A stretch of 64,000 nt of DNA from Thermodesulfovibrionales bacterium (lineage in GTDB: Bacteria > Nitrospirota > Thermodesulfovibrionia > Thermodesulfovibrionales > SM23-35). Both the position numbers and the translations under genes were made by a program. Positions 53,702 to 64,000 of the stretch are shown piece after piece. Numbering within the stretch: the stretch's first letter is position 1; each line of letters starts with the position of its first letter. The stretch lies in the NCBI GenBank assembly GCA_963715195.1, contig CAVQRT010000025.1, positions 1 through 64,000 of the forward strand, written 5' to 3'. Under the pieces are notes generated by a model. The model saw only the letters and a list, made by a program, of their open reading frames with translations, made no database searches and was not told where the DNA came from.

Positions 53702-54202
53702 ATGCTTAGGGCAGAGAAAGCTCAAGAATATAAGATAGTTCCCGTGTATCTAAGAGAAGTTAAAAACCTCATGAGGTGTGATAACTTCGAAGGCGCACTG
53801 AGAACCCTTGACAAGGCTTTGACCGAACACCCACTTAATGCGCTCTTACTTTCTTATTACGGGTATCTTGATGCCACTGTGAACAAAAACTATGAGCGTG
53901 GTATAGGATTCTGCAAAACTGCCATAAATATTATTGAGGAAGAATCAAGGGAAGCAGAATCTTTGAGGCATAAGGGCTTCCATGCCGTTCTTTATCTACA
54001 TCTCGGCAGGACTTATCTTGCTGGAGGGATTAAGAAATCTGCTGTAAAGGCATTCAAGCGGGGGCTCGAAGCTGACCCCGAAGACCCTTACTTGCTCAGT
54101 GAAGTAAGGAGAGCAGGCATTAGGAGAAAGCGCATCTTCCACTTCTTGAAAAGGTCTAACCCGATAAATAAATATATCGGCATGCTACTTCATAACAAGT
54201 GA
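53702..54202 (+). CDS. TPR-like hypothetical protein
   Basis: YLHLGRTYL...LKRSNPINKYIG helical-repeat pattern. Confidence 0.7.
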   Translation: MLRAEKAQEYKIVPVYLREVKNLMRCDNFEGALRTLDKALTEHPLNALLLSYYGYLDATVNKNYERGIGFCKTAINIIEEESREAESLRHKGFHAVLYLHLGRTYLAGGIKKSAVKAFKRGLEADPEDPYLLSEVRRAGIRRKRIFHFLKRSNPINKYIGMLLHNK

Positions 54203-54374
54203 TTTAATAGTTTCAATTCATTTCCGAAATCCTATGACACGGAAGGTGATTAGCATGACAAGGTTCATCACAAATCCGGCACTTATACTTACCAATCAAT
54301 AAACTTCCAGTTGTACTATATATCTTTCAAGATTAGCTTTGATATGCGCTGTTCAGCAGTCAATGCAATAATGC

Positions 54375-54872
54375 TTAGCGCAGCACAACAATATACCAAA
54401 CGAGTAAAAAGAGACTACCCCACCACCCTATAACTGAAATAACAAAACTCACAGCTATCTTATTTTGTAGATTTGAAGGTAGTATTTCATGTGCTTTTCC
54501 TTCTTGCTCTCTCTTTAATAGCTGAGGACTTACCCAAAAGGAAAGAAAACATCCATTTAATATGAGCACAATCGCAATAAAGGTGTGAATGAGAGCGGTT
54601 CCTGAAAACCCTATATCTTTATATGTAATAGCACCTCCGACGATTGCCAAAAACATTCCTATCCAAATGAGTGGTTTTGTAACCTTATGTGTCCGTATTG
54701 TTGCTTCTGTCCAATAGGAGGATGTTCTTCCCAAAAAACCATGAAGATCAATAACTGTTACTGCTCCTAACCCAATAATGAATCCTGCAATAAAAAGAAA
54801 AATCCCGATTATATCATTCCAAGAAAAAACCTTATTGCTCCAGATACCTAAATAGGTGAATAACTGTTCCAT
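54375..54872 (-). CDS. Four-TM membrane protein
   Basis: Four hydrophobic segments, 165 aa. Confidence 0.7.
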   Translation of the reverse strand: MEQLFTYLGIWSNKVFSWNDIIGIFLFIAGFIIGLGAVTVIDLHGFLGRTSSYWTEATIRTHKVTKPLIWIGMFLAIVGGAITYKDIGFSGTALIHTFIAIVLILNGCFLSFWVSPQLLKREQEGKAHEILPSNLQNKIAVSFVISVIGWWGSLFLLVWYIVVLR

Positions 54873-55008
54873 TATCTTGTTGAGATTATATCATGCAGCA
54901 AGGAGATTGTAATTTGATATCTCGATCGATCAAGAAGTAGGGCTCAACGTGATTTTTAATAGAGCATATCGATAGCAGCAGGCAAATGTGTGAATTTTTA
55001 TTTGAATT

Positions 55009-56334
55009 CAGAAGTGTCCGACAGTTTTTTACATAGAAGCATATAACTTATTGAAAGCATAACATAAAAATGACATCAGCACCTGTTATCGACTTGAAAT
55101 ATTTTCAGCCAGTCCGTCATCGTTCCGGGGACACCCGGAAGGAGATGACACATGTACACTGGAAAGCTAATATTTTCCCAAGTCTTGGACTTCATGCCAA
55201 TGCACACATTTCGCCGTTGCGTCGCTCGCTATCACGGAGACCGCAATGTCCGAAGCTTCACATGTCTCGATCAATATCTCTGTATGGCCTTTGCTCAACT
55301 GACATATCGGGAGAGCCTTCGCGATATCGAAGCCTGTCTCCGTGCACAACAGCAGAAGTTGTACCACATGGGCATTCGCGGCACCGTCGCAAAGTCCAAT
55401 CTCGCCGATGCCAACGAACAGCGGTCTTGGCATATATATGCAGACCTTGCCCATTCATTAATCATCACAGCCCGAACACTTTACAGCAACGAGCCATTCG
55501 GAATCGATCTGGAGCAAACTGTATATGCACTGGATGCCACAACTATCGATCTGTGTCTCTCGATGTTTCCATGGGCTCCGTTCCGTCAGAGCAAAGCAGC
55601 AATCAAACTGCATACACTTCTGGACCTCCGGGGCAACATTCCAACATTTATCTACATTTCCGATGGCACCGTGCACGATGTAAATATCCTCGATGTACTT
55701 CCAATAGAGCCGGGCGCCTTCTATGTAATGGATCGTGGTTATCTGGATTACGCCAGACTCAACGCCATATCTCTGTCAGCAGGTTTCTTTGTGACTCGCT
55801 CAAAATCCAATCTCAGATGTCGAAGAATCTATTCTCATCAGATCGACCGCGCAACGGGTCTCCGGTACGATCAGACAATTATGCTGACCGGATTCTATTC
55901 GCTCAGGGACTATCCAACCAAACTGAGACGTATCAAGTATTACGATGCCGACACCAACAAAACTCTGATTTTTCTGACCAACAATTTCGCCCTGCCAGCA
56001 CTCACTATCGCACAGCTTTACCGTTGCCGATGGCAGGTAGAACTTTTCTTCAAGTGGATCAAGCAAAACCTGCGCATCAAGAATTTCTATGGCACTTCAG
56101 AGAATGCTGTCAAAACTCAAATCTGGATCGCTATCTCAGTATACGTCTTGGTCGCCATACTCAAAAAGCGGCTCAATATCCCGATAAGTCTCTACACAAT
56201 TCTACAAATATTGAGCGTCACGGTTTTCGAAAGAATTCCGTTGTTACAGTTACTTACGGAAACAGTCCTGGCAGAGGAAATCTTAGATTCCCAAAACCAG
56301 TTGAATTTATTCACTTAACTGTCGGACGTAGATG
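55009..56334 (+). mobile_element. IS4-family insertion sequence
   Basis: Terminal inverted repeats cagaagtgtccgacagtt / aactgtcggacgtagatg around a DDE transposase; no clear target duplication. Confidence 0.88.
55152..56318 (+). CDS. IS4-family DDE transposase (DUF4372 + DDE_Tnp_1)
   Basis: LDAT, MDRGY, YRCRWQVELFFKWIKQ (YREK motif). Confidence 0.95.
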   Translation: MYTGKLIFSQVLDFMPMHTFRRCVARYHGDRNVRSFTCLDQYLCMAFAQLTYRESLRDIEACLRAQQQKLYHMGIRGTVAKSNLADANEQRSWHIYADLAHSLIITARTLYSNEPFGIDLEQTVYALDATTIDLCLSMFPWAPFRQSKAAIKLHTLLDLRGNIPTFIYISDGTVHDVNILDVLPIEPGAFYVMDRGYLDYARLNAISLSAGFFVTRSKSNLRCRRIYSHQIDRATGLRYDQTIMLTGFYSLRDYPTKLRRIKYYDADTNKTLIFLTNNFALPALTIAQLYRCRWQVELFFKWIKQNLRIKNFYGTSENAVKTQIWIAISVYVLVAILKKRLNIPISLYTILQILSVTVFERIPLLQLLTETVLAEEILDSQNQLNLFT

Positions 56335-56349
56335 AATATGGATAACTTT

Positions 56350-57294
56350 TTAGCTATTGAACCAAATTGATAAATCTCTGTTTAGCAGACCGTGCAGCTT
56401 ATGGATATCGTCCTTATATATTGAGATAAGCTTTTTTTTGGTATCAGGATTAATTTCCCATTTCTGAGCATTTATTTCTAAAATCTTCTGACGTATTTTC
56501 ATTTCCAAATCATAAGGAATAAAAGGCTTGAGAAAATCTTTGATAAAGCTTTTCTTGTAGAAAACAAAATCATGCAGCCATTGCAACTTTACTCTACCCG
56601 CAACATTATGTCGCTGGCTTATTTTTGGAGTAAATACATCATCAACTTTAAGAAACCTGAATATCTCCCTTATTACTTTCATGTTATTGTTCCTAAAATC
56701 TTCGTAGATGAAAACTTTCACATTTGAAAAATGTTCTAAAAAGGCTTTTACTTGGTTATAATACATGCCATATCCTACATAATCGTACCCAATACGAATT
56801 TGTCTTCTTCTCTCCATTACGTCGGTTTTTATTGCCTCTTCAAAATCTAAAGATTCAACAGCATACTTTACGAAAAGTCTATATTGCGAAAATGCTCTCT
56901 CTGCCGGGTTCCTCAGTATGAGAATGATTTTAATATCTTTATATTTAATACCGTATATACTTTTCAGATTCGGTATTACAGTTTCAAATGAATAGAGGTA
57001 TGCTGGCGTTGCTTCTCCTATAGTTTCTTCAGAAGCTCCTGAAAATAACTGAACATATTCATTAATTGTGCTTATAGCAGATTCATGTACGTTATAATTC
57101 TTAAAATATGGACCGTTGAAGAAGTAAGGCTCTTTTATAGAGGGGAAAAATATCTTGGGATGTTGGATTAAAGCATGGTATAACGATGTTGTTCCACTCC
57201 TCGAAACACCTGCAATGATAAAATCCGGCAATTTCACTTTCTCGTTATTAATTTGTATAATCACAGCTTGATATAAAATAACATGAATTATCAT
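56350..57294 (-). CDS. Sulfotransferase
   Basis: PDFIIAGVSRSGTTSL, KEP.FF, GEATP.Y, LRNP.ERA.S; AT-rich. Confidence 0.9.
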   Translation of the reverse strand: MIIHVILYQAVIIQINNEKVKLPDFIIAGVSRSGTTSLYHALIQHPKIFFPSIKEPYFFNGPYFKNYNVHESAISTINEYVQLFSGASEETIGEATPAYLYSFETVIPNLKSIYGIKYKDIKIILILRNPAERAFSQYRLFVKYAVESLDFEEAIKTDVMERRRQIRIGYDYVGYGMYYNQVKAFLEHFSNVKVFIYEDFRNNNMKVIREIFRFLKVDDVFTPKISQRHNVAGRVKLQWLHDFVFYKKSFIKDFLKPFIPYDLEMKIRQKILEINAQKWEINPDTKKKLISIYKDDIHKLHGLLNRDLSIWFNS

Positions 57295-58517
57295 AGTCTC
57301 TCCATTAGCAGTTATTCTTTAGGCTACTTACAAAGTTAAGATTAATAAATGAAAGCAGTGACCTGCATTGACTATGTGGGAATGATGACCTTTATGGTGC
57401 TTGCAAGATTTATAGCCACTTGCTATATGACAAGACAGAGTAAGTCCGAATGATAAAACAGGTTATCTATGAATTTAAAAATGGCAAGGTAAACATCTCG
57501 CCTTTTTTAATGCGTATCTCCTCTGTTAATCATTAACTTTTTGCCATCACTTGATTCTAAGGACTTGTAGGAGGTGAACGAAAAACCCTGAAAAGCATCT
57601 GTCGGCTAACAGATGTTTTTTCGTTTTAAGAAGTTTATTTTTGTCGATTCTCTTTTGAAGTTGACATCCAATTAGAAACGGCCTCTCTATTTAGTTGATG
57701 AAGTCATCCTCAATATTTGAAAAATCTCAAGACTGTTGAGTATTAGGTGAAGGCTTGCCCTCTACCCAAGCCTGAAAAGGTGTTTATGTCAGGAAGGCAT
57801 CTTCCTGCATCTTTCGAAAGGAAGTCTTGCCGGCTCAGAAAAGCAATCGGACATGCACATTTTAACAGGGATTAAACGATGTCAATAAGGCTCAGGGGTG
57901 ATAATAACTATGTGTCAGAGAGCAGGTGGTTTTTCGTGCCCGTCTATTATGCAAAGAAAGAAACATATCCTTAAATTTAGAAATAACGTTTGCTTCTGTG
58001 GTATGCCGTGTAAAACGTATGACTTGTCGGTTAAAGTCCGACCGTGGGAGTTCGGTAGTTCACCCACGTAGCTTGAGGGAGGTGTAAAGGGTAACCTGAA
58101 GCACTAAGTTTCCTGACAAAGGCTCCGAAAGGGAGCTGAGCAAACCTGCGGGTTGCAGCGAGAAGCGAACCCAGATGTAGCCTCGAAATGCACAATGGAG
58201 TTGTCGACCCTCTCCTACAAAGGGGAAGACCGGAGCATCTATCCTAACAAAAACTACCATAACCGATAGATGGACTTCCGGGGTAACAGGGGTGACACGC
58301 AGGGGAAGCCATACGACAATGAACACGGGAGACCCTTGCCGATGCTCTTCAGGACAGCAACCGGTGGATATAAGGAAACGAAGTTTCACCGGGTCGGCAA
58401 GGGAGTCGGAGTTGCCCATAGTACCGTTGGTATCTCAAAGACAACATAACTTTGAGAGAGGGAAGGGGCAATACTTTTATCACGTTTCCGAAGAAGAGAA
58501 GGAAAGGAGATTGCGGA

Positions 58518-59844
58518 ATGCTGAAAACTCCAGAAAAGATCCGGGAACTTCAGAGGAAACTATACCAGAAGGCCAAGCAGGAAAAGGAGTACCGATTCTA
58601 TCTTCTCTATGACAAGGTGTACAGGCTGGATATCCTGAACCATGCCTATAATCTTGTCAAAGCGAACAAAGGAGCACCGGGAATAGATGGTGAAACCTTT
58701 GAAAGCATAGAGGAGAGGGAAGGAGGAGTAAAGGGATATCTTGAAGAGATTGCCGGAGAACTGAAGCGGAAGGAGTATAAGCCGAAGCCTGTACGAAGGG
58801 TATATATTCCGAAGCCAGATGGCGGCAAGCGACCGCTGGGAATCCCGACAATCAAAGACAGGGTAGTGCAGATGGCGGTAAAGATAGTGATTGAGCCCAT
58901 ATTTGAAGCCGACTTTCAGGATAACTCGTACGGATTCAGGCCGAAGCGGAGTGCCCATCAGGCGGTGGATGATGTAAAGGAGCATCTCTGACAAGGCAAG
59001 ACTGAAGGTAATCGATGCCGATATCTCCAAGTACTTTGACACCATTCCCCACGACAAACTTATGCAACTGGTAGCAAAGCGAATAGTGGACAAGAACATA
59101 CTTGAGACTGATTAAGATGTGGTTGAAAGCACCGATTGTGGAGGAACGTGAGGATGGCAAGAAAGAGTACAAGGGGAATGATAAGGGGACTCCACAGGGA
59201 GGGGTAATCTCACCGCTTCTGGCCAACATCTACCTGAATGTTCTGGATACCTTATGGAAAGTCAAGAAAGTGCAGGAGAGATTGGGTGCACGGCTCGTCC
59301 GTTATGCGGACGATGTTGTCGTATTGTGCAAAGGCAACACCGACCGGGTACTGAAAGGGTTAAAAACTGTTCTGAGAGACCTTGGGCTGACCCTGAATGA
59401 GGAAAAGACAAAAGTCGTGGATGCACGGCAGGAGAGCTTTCACCTTTCTGGGGTTCCGCATTGTTATGAGGAAAGGGCGGAAGAGTCGGACGTCTATTCC
59501 CTCTCATTGAGCCGTCCAAGAAGGCAATGAAGCATATCCGATCAGAAATCAAGCAATTGACCACTGAGCGGTATAGTGCGACCCCGACTGAGATCGTAAT
59601 CCGCAGAGTTAATGAAGTCGTCAGAGGATGGGTTGGCTATTTCTACTATGGCAACTGCACCTAAGCAATGTCTGCTCTGAGATATTATCTGGCTATAGGA
59701 TGCGTATATATCTGCGCCGGAAACATCATTTTCGTAGCCTATGGCTATAAGGCGTTTCCGGATAAATATTATTATGAGTCCTTAGGCCTGTACAAAGTCC
59801 CAACAACTGCTCCATGGACTCAATCTGCGAAAGCCCCTGGATGA
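58518..59844 (+). pseudogene. ltrA: Outer intron reverse transcriptase/maturase with several frameshifts
   Basis: [31 protein letters not shown] in different frames. Confidence 0.9.
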
Positions 59845-59887
59845 AGATAATCGGAAAGCCGTATTCGGGAAAACTGAACGTACGGTT

Positions 59888-61829
59888 GTGTGTCCAGCAA
59901 AGGCTGGTGTGTTCAGCAGGAGACAGTCCTGCCATGGCAACAGTCAGAAGCCATGTAGTTAGGATGGCAGGGTAAAGGGAAACCGATATCCTGAAGCCCA
60001 TCGACACTGTCATCTGAAGGATGATAACGAGTTGCCAGGCCGCAACGAAAGTGAACGCGGAGGTGGCCCCGAAAATACGGAGCCCTGAAGGCCGAGCTTT
60101 CAACCGTAGGGCGAAGGCAGCATGGATAACCGAAAACTGATTGAAACGGTTATTCCACTTCAGTGGGGTGATAACGGCGGCATGGCAGCAAGGACACACC
60201 GAGCAACTGGAGAAGCCCTAACTGCCCCGGCGAGAAATCGCCGGAGCAAGGTAAGTCCTATAACCGGAGACACTGGGAAGTGGACTGAAGGCGGAAGGGT
60301 GACGGATGGGCCAGTAGTAGCGATGAAGCAGGGTAATGCTTGTGGAGCGAAGAGGCCCTACTTTTGGCATTTCTCTAACAACAATGGAAGGCAGGGATGA
60401 GATGACAAAGACATCCGTTAGTCTGCAGGACCTGAGGAGGAGAATATACGTCAAGGCGAAAGCCGACAAGCAGCATCGGTTTTGGGGATTGTACGTTCAT
60501 GTATGCAAGATGGAGGTGCTCCAAGCTGCCTACGTCATGGCCAAAGAGAATAATGGGGCACCTGGAACTGATGGTGTCACCTTTGAAGCCATTGAGGGAA
60601 GCGGTCGCGAAGAGTTTCTTCTGAGTATACAGAGAGAACTACTTTCAGGGAGATACCTGCCTATGCGAAATCGACGGAAAGAAATACCCAAAGGAAATGG
60701 GAAATTACGTATTCTTGGGATACCGACTATCCGTGATCGAATAGTGCAGGGAGCGCTTAAACTTGTTCTTGAACCGATCTTTGAAGCTGACTTTCAGGAG
60801 GGTTCATACGGGTATCGCCCGAAACGAACGGCGCATCAGGCGGTGCACCGAATCGCAGATGCGATCGTTCACAATAAGACACAAGTCATCGATGTTGACC
60901 TCAAGGCGTATTTTGATACGGTGCGTCATGACCTATTGTTGAAAAAGATAGCCAGAAGGGTCGACGATTACAAAGTGATGTGGCTGCTGCGACTCATACT
61001 AAAAGCTAGCGGTAAGCGTGGAGTTCCACAGGGTGGGGTAGTCTCACCCCTCTTGTCAAATATCTACCTAAATGAGGTGGATAGGATGCTTGAGAAGGCG
61101 AAGGCGGTGACGGGTAAATCTGGCTTTACCTATATCGAGTACGCTCGCTTTGCAGATGACCTTGTGATACTGGTAGACGGGTATCGACGTTGGAACTGGT
61201 TACTACAGAGGGCATATCGACGACTTCTTGAAGAGTTGGCGAGACTGGATGTAAAAGTTAACGAAGAAAAGACCCAAGTCGTAGACCTGACGAAAGGGGA
61301 GAGCTTTAGCTTTGTGGGGTTCGACATACGGAGGATTATAACACTCAGTGGGAAATGGGGGCTACGCATCACCCCGAGGATGAAGGCGCGGACAAATCTC
61401 TTGAGAAATCTTAAAGAGATTTTCCAGCGATTCATGTCTCAACCTGTTGAACGCGTGATTGAGTTGATCAACCCGAAACTCCGAGGCTGGGTTAATTACT
61501 TTCGGATAGGGCATTCCAGTCGATGTTTTAGTTATGTAAAGGATTGGGTCGAGAAGAAAATAAGACGTCATCTCATGAGATCTCGAAAACGTAAGGGCTT
61601 TGGCTGGGACAGGTGGAGTAGAGACTGGTTTTACTGTCACCTCAGGCTTTATGCTGATTATAAGGTGAGGTACTACGGACTCAAAAGCACTGCCGGCAAA
61701 TAGGCACCATAACCCTTGTAGTGAAGCCGAAAGGAAAGCATAGTGCGGGAAATCTGCATGCTATGTTTGACGAGGCGGGGGCTGGAGACGTGCAGAATTC
61801 CTCTGATACGCGCCAGTCCTCGACCCTAC
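59888..61829 (+). mobile_element. Inner group II intron, apparently intact
   Basis: 5' GTGTG; domain V aagcatagtgcgggaaatctgcatgctatgttt; 3' end cctcgaccctac; EBS1 aaccgt 60102-60107 complements the flank acggtt. Confidence 0.92.
60402..61703 (+). CDS. ltrA: Group II intron reverse transcriptase/maturase, no endonuclease domain
   Basis: LGIPTIRDR, DVDLKAYFD, GVPQGG, RFADD, LRGWVNYF. Confidence 0.95.
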   Translation: MTKTSVSLQDLRRRIYVKAKADKQHRFWGLYVHVCKMEVLQAAYVMAKENNGAPGTDGVTFEAIEGSGREEFLLSIQRELLSGRYLPMRNRRKEIPKGNGKLRILGIPTIRDRIVQGALKLVLEPIFEADFQEGSYGYRPKRTAHQAVHRIADAIVHNKTQVIDVDLKAYFDTVRHDLLLKKIARRVDDYKVMWLLRLILKASGKRGVPQGGVVSPLLSNIYLNEVDRMLEKAKAVTGKSGFTYIEYARFADDLVILVDGYRRWNWLLQRAYRRLLEELARLDVKVNEEKTQVVDLTKGESFSFVGFDIRRIITLSGKWGLRITPRMKARTNLLRNLKEIFQRFMSQPVERVIELINPKLRGWVNYFRIGHSSRCFSYVKDWVEKKIRRHLMRSRKRKGFGWDRWSRDWFYCHLRLYADYKVRYYGLKSTAGK

Positions 61830-62122
61830 TGATGAGGGGGAGCTGGAGATAGGGCCAATCGACTACTACGCCAGTTCTCTACTCTACTGCAGCAGTTTTG
61901 CCCGATGAACCAATTTGGAGTCTTCCTTCATCTACTCAACACAATGGCTGATTCTATCGGAATGTGACTTTCCTCTCCATAATAAATAAATCAGTGGCAG
62001 ATGAGAGACGTGATTTTCCATTTCAAAGACAAAAGTGCTACAAAGTTACACGGTGTCGAATTCCAGGAGAACTGTTGAGATTCTTGCGGCCTGCTCTCTC
62101 TACATATGAAAGGGACAGAGTC

Positions 62123-62461
62123 TTATGGTTTTCCTCGAACAATCTCTATAACCTTGTCGATGACTTCAGTGATTTTCCCCTGCTTCAGGTTGCCAACCCG
62201 GTACAGAACAGTATGGCTATCAGCAGTAAAGAGGCGATTCGGTCTTATATTACTCGGCTGCTTGAGACTACCGGTCTCAAAATCGCTGTCGTCAATGGGA
62301 AGAGAGTACATATCCTGCACGAACTTGCTGGTTATCTGGCAAAGAATGACATCATCACCCTCAAGGTTTGCGATGACAAAAGCTGGACGGCGCTTGGATT
62401 CGGTAAGGTCGGAGAAGGGGAATGGAATAACAATGACATCCCCCCTTACAAACTTTGCCAA
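62123..62461 (-). CDS. PemK/MazF-family toxin
   Basis: RGDVIVIPFPFSD...KRRPA...CQITS. Confidence 0.92.
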   Translation of the reverse strand: MAKFVRGDVIVIPFPFSDLTESKRRPAFVIANLEGDDVILCQITSKFVQDMYSLPIDDSDFETGSLKQPSNIRPNRLFTADSHTVLYRVGNLKQGKITEVIDKVIEIVRGKP

Positions 62462-62640
62462 GCCGCGTCCTCTTCGGGCAAGAGCCAGTCTTTCCTGAGT
62501 GATGATTCGCTGGCAATGGCAGTGTCAAGTTTTTCTCTAATGATCTTGGACTTCAGGAAGTGGACAAAATCCAAAACCTCGTCAAGACATGACTCGGGAA
62601 CCTGCTCGATCTCCTGGATCAGTATTTCCTTCTTGCTCAT
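62446..62640 (-). CDS. DUF2281-like antitoxin
   Basis: EVLDFVHFLK...ASESSLRKDW..PEED.AW; overlaps the toxin start. Confidence 0.85.
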   Translation of the reverse strand: MSKKEILIQEIEQVPESCLDEVLDFVHFLKSKIIREKLDTAIASESSLRKDWLLPEEDAAWQSL

Positions 62641-62787
62641 GGCTACCTCACTAATGTCTTTATTTTATCAGATTTTTCTTACTTAATGTTCTTATTTTAG
62701 CATTTTCTGACATCTCACTGTGAACCATACTTCGTATGTCCTTGATGTGGGATAATGAATTTAAAGAAGGTTAATAAGGATAGTGAA

Positions 62788-64000
62788 ATGAGATTAGAAA
62801 ATGAGATTATTGAGAGTTTTGTTTACTGTAGATACAAGGCATACCAGAAGCTAAATGGCAAAGAGGGGGTAAAGACTGATTATGAATTAGTTCAGAATAA
62901 GCTATACGAACTATATAAACAAAGATATATTGAGAACCTCAGACTGTCCTGTAACAACACCCAGATAATAGAAAGAACCTTTCCAATCGGCATTAAACTT
63001 CAAGGCAATCCCACAATCATTATCAACCCTGAGGTAAATAGCGATGAATTTTCAATAACCTTGGATGCTATTGAAATTGCAAAAACAAAAAAAGGCAGTA
63101 AAAAGTTTAAGAATATTCCAATTATCATTACCTCAAAGGAAAGAATCTCAAAGGAAGATAAAATCTTATTGACTGTCAAAGCCCTGTTGCTCAATCGAAT
63201 ATTAAATCAATTAACAGAAACTGGGGGAATTATTCATGGCAAAGAATTAAAATCAATTTTTATCAAAACAAAGGATTACAAAAGGCATGCCCAGAAAGTG
63301 CTTGATGACTTGCTCCAGTTATCGAAGGAGAATAATAAGCCTGTAATTATTAGGAATGATAACTGTCAAATATGTGAATTTGAAGAGAGTTGCAAAAAAC
63401 ATCTGGTTGAAAAAGATGACCTTAGTCTATTGGGCAGCCTCAGCGCAAAAGAAATCGCTCATAGACATAAAAAAGGTTTATTCACTATCAATCAGTTGTC
63501 CTATAACTTCAGACCCAAACGGTTCATGAAAACAAGAGCCAAAGGAAGACCTTTTTCCTACGAACTGAAGGCATTAGCAATCAGGGATAACAGAACATAC
63601 ATCTTAGACTTTGTATCTGAGTCAGTGCATTATAGAACAAAAATCTATATAGACTTTGAAGGATTACCAGATGAGGATTTTGTTTATTTAATTGGTCTGA
63701 TTATTAAAGAGAATAATTCAGAAGAAAAAATATCTTTATGGGCTGATTCAAGAGAACAAGAAAAAGAGATTTTCGAGAAGTTGCTCAAAATCATTGCGAG
63801 GCTTGACGATTTTATTGTTTATCATTATGGGAGCTATGAAGCAAAAGAATTAAGAAGAGTCTCAAAAACTTATCCGGACTTGGAGAAATTAATAACAACG
63901 AAACTACTCCAGAAATCGGTTAATCTGTTGTCTCATTTCTACTCAAAAGTCTATACACCCACCTACACAAATGGATTAAAGGACATAGCAAGTTTTTTAG
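62788..64000 (+). CDS. TM0106-family RecB-like/RNase H-like protein, 3' truncated by the window
   Basis: Open frame missing from the ORF track: YCRYKAY, NDNCQICEF...C, DDLSLL, IDFEGLP, VYHYGSYE, NGLKDIA. Confidence 0.85.
   Translation, partial: MRLENEIIESFVYCRYKAYQKLNGKEGVKTDYELVQNKLYELYKQRYIENLRLSCNNTQIIERTFPIGIKLQGNPTIIINPEVNSDEFSITLDAIEIAKTKKGSKKFKNIPIIITSKERISKEDKILLTVKALLLNRILNQLTETGGIIHGKELKSIFIKTKDYKRHAQKVLDDLLQLSKENNKPVIIRNDNCQICEFEESCKKHLVEKDDLSLLGSLSAKEIAHRHKKGLFTINQLSYNFRPKRFMKTRAKGRPFSYELKALAIRDNRTYILDFVSESVHYRTKIYIDFEGLPDEDFVYLIGLIIKENNSEEKISLWADSREQEKEIFEKLLKIIARLDDFIVYHYGSYEAKELRRVSKTYPDLEKLITTKLLQKSVNLLSHFYSKVYTPTYTNGLKDIASFL

Larger units (their letters stand above)
58001..61887 (+). 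mobile_element. Outer group II intron (58001-59887 and 61830-61887), interrupted
   Basis: 5' GTATGCCG; domain V aagccgtattcgggaaaactgaacgtacggtt|tgatgaggggg; domain VI ending ctctactctac. Confidence 0.85.

Noticed and set aside
58452..61703. RTs as retron, DGR or CRISPR-associated
   Set aside because: Both have group II intron domain V/VI RNA and maturase domains; no TR/VR, msr-msd or cas1 seen
57890..61935. Host gene interrupted by the twintron
   Set aside because: Joining the flanks gives only a ~50-codon minus-strand ORF with no motif
61964..62686. 240-aa plus-strand ORF
   Set aside because: Antisense shadow of the toxin-antitoxin pair, no motif

Overview
Bacterial chromosome segment. 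The 16S sequence and gene content suggest an anaerobe, probably Nitrospirota/Thermodesulfovibrionia-like (my impression, not a database result). 0.7-10 kb: redox repair and signalling (nitroreductase, desulforedoxin-like microprotein, exported MsrA and MsrB, CheB-CheR-PAS fusion, histidine kinase, two response regulators). 11.3-14.3 kb: sulfur-transfer/Fe-S operon (TusA, DsrE2, an IscS homologue lacking the PLP lysine, IscU-DUF59), followed by an unannotated 62-codon Cys-rich ORF with an in-frame UGA at a CxxC position and a SECIS-like hairpin (candidate new selenoprotein). 18-22 kb: frameshifted A-T-TE NRPS-like gene and a substrate-binding protein. 22-44 kb: mostly housekeeping (lemA, ilvD, hemG, a helicase-degenerate priA, ispE-tRNA-Gln-prs-rplY-pth-moeA, lsrF). 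44.6-50.1 kb: complete rRNA operon; the 23S carries three long hairpin insertions built from 7-8-nt periodic repeats. 55-64 kb: mobile region with an IS4 element, a sulfotransferase, a group II twintron (inner intron inserted at the 3' end of the outer intron's domain V), a MazF-type toxin-antitoxin pair and a TM0106-like nuclease running off the window. Several single-base indels look like long-read errors, so pseudogene calls are provisional.
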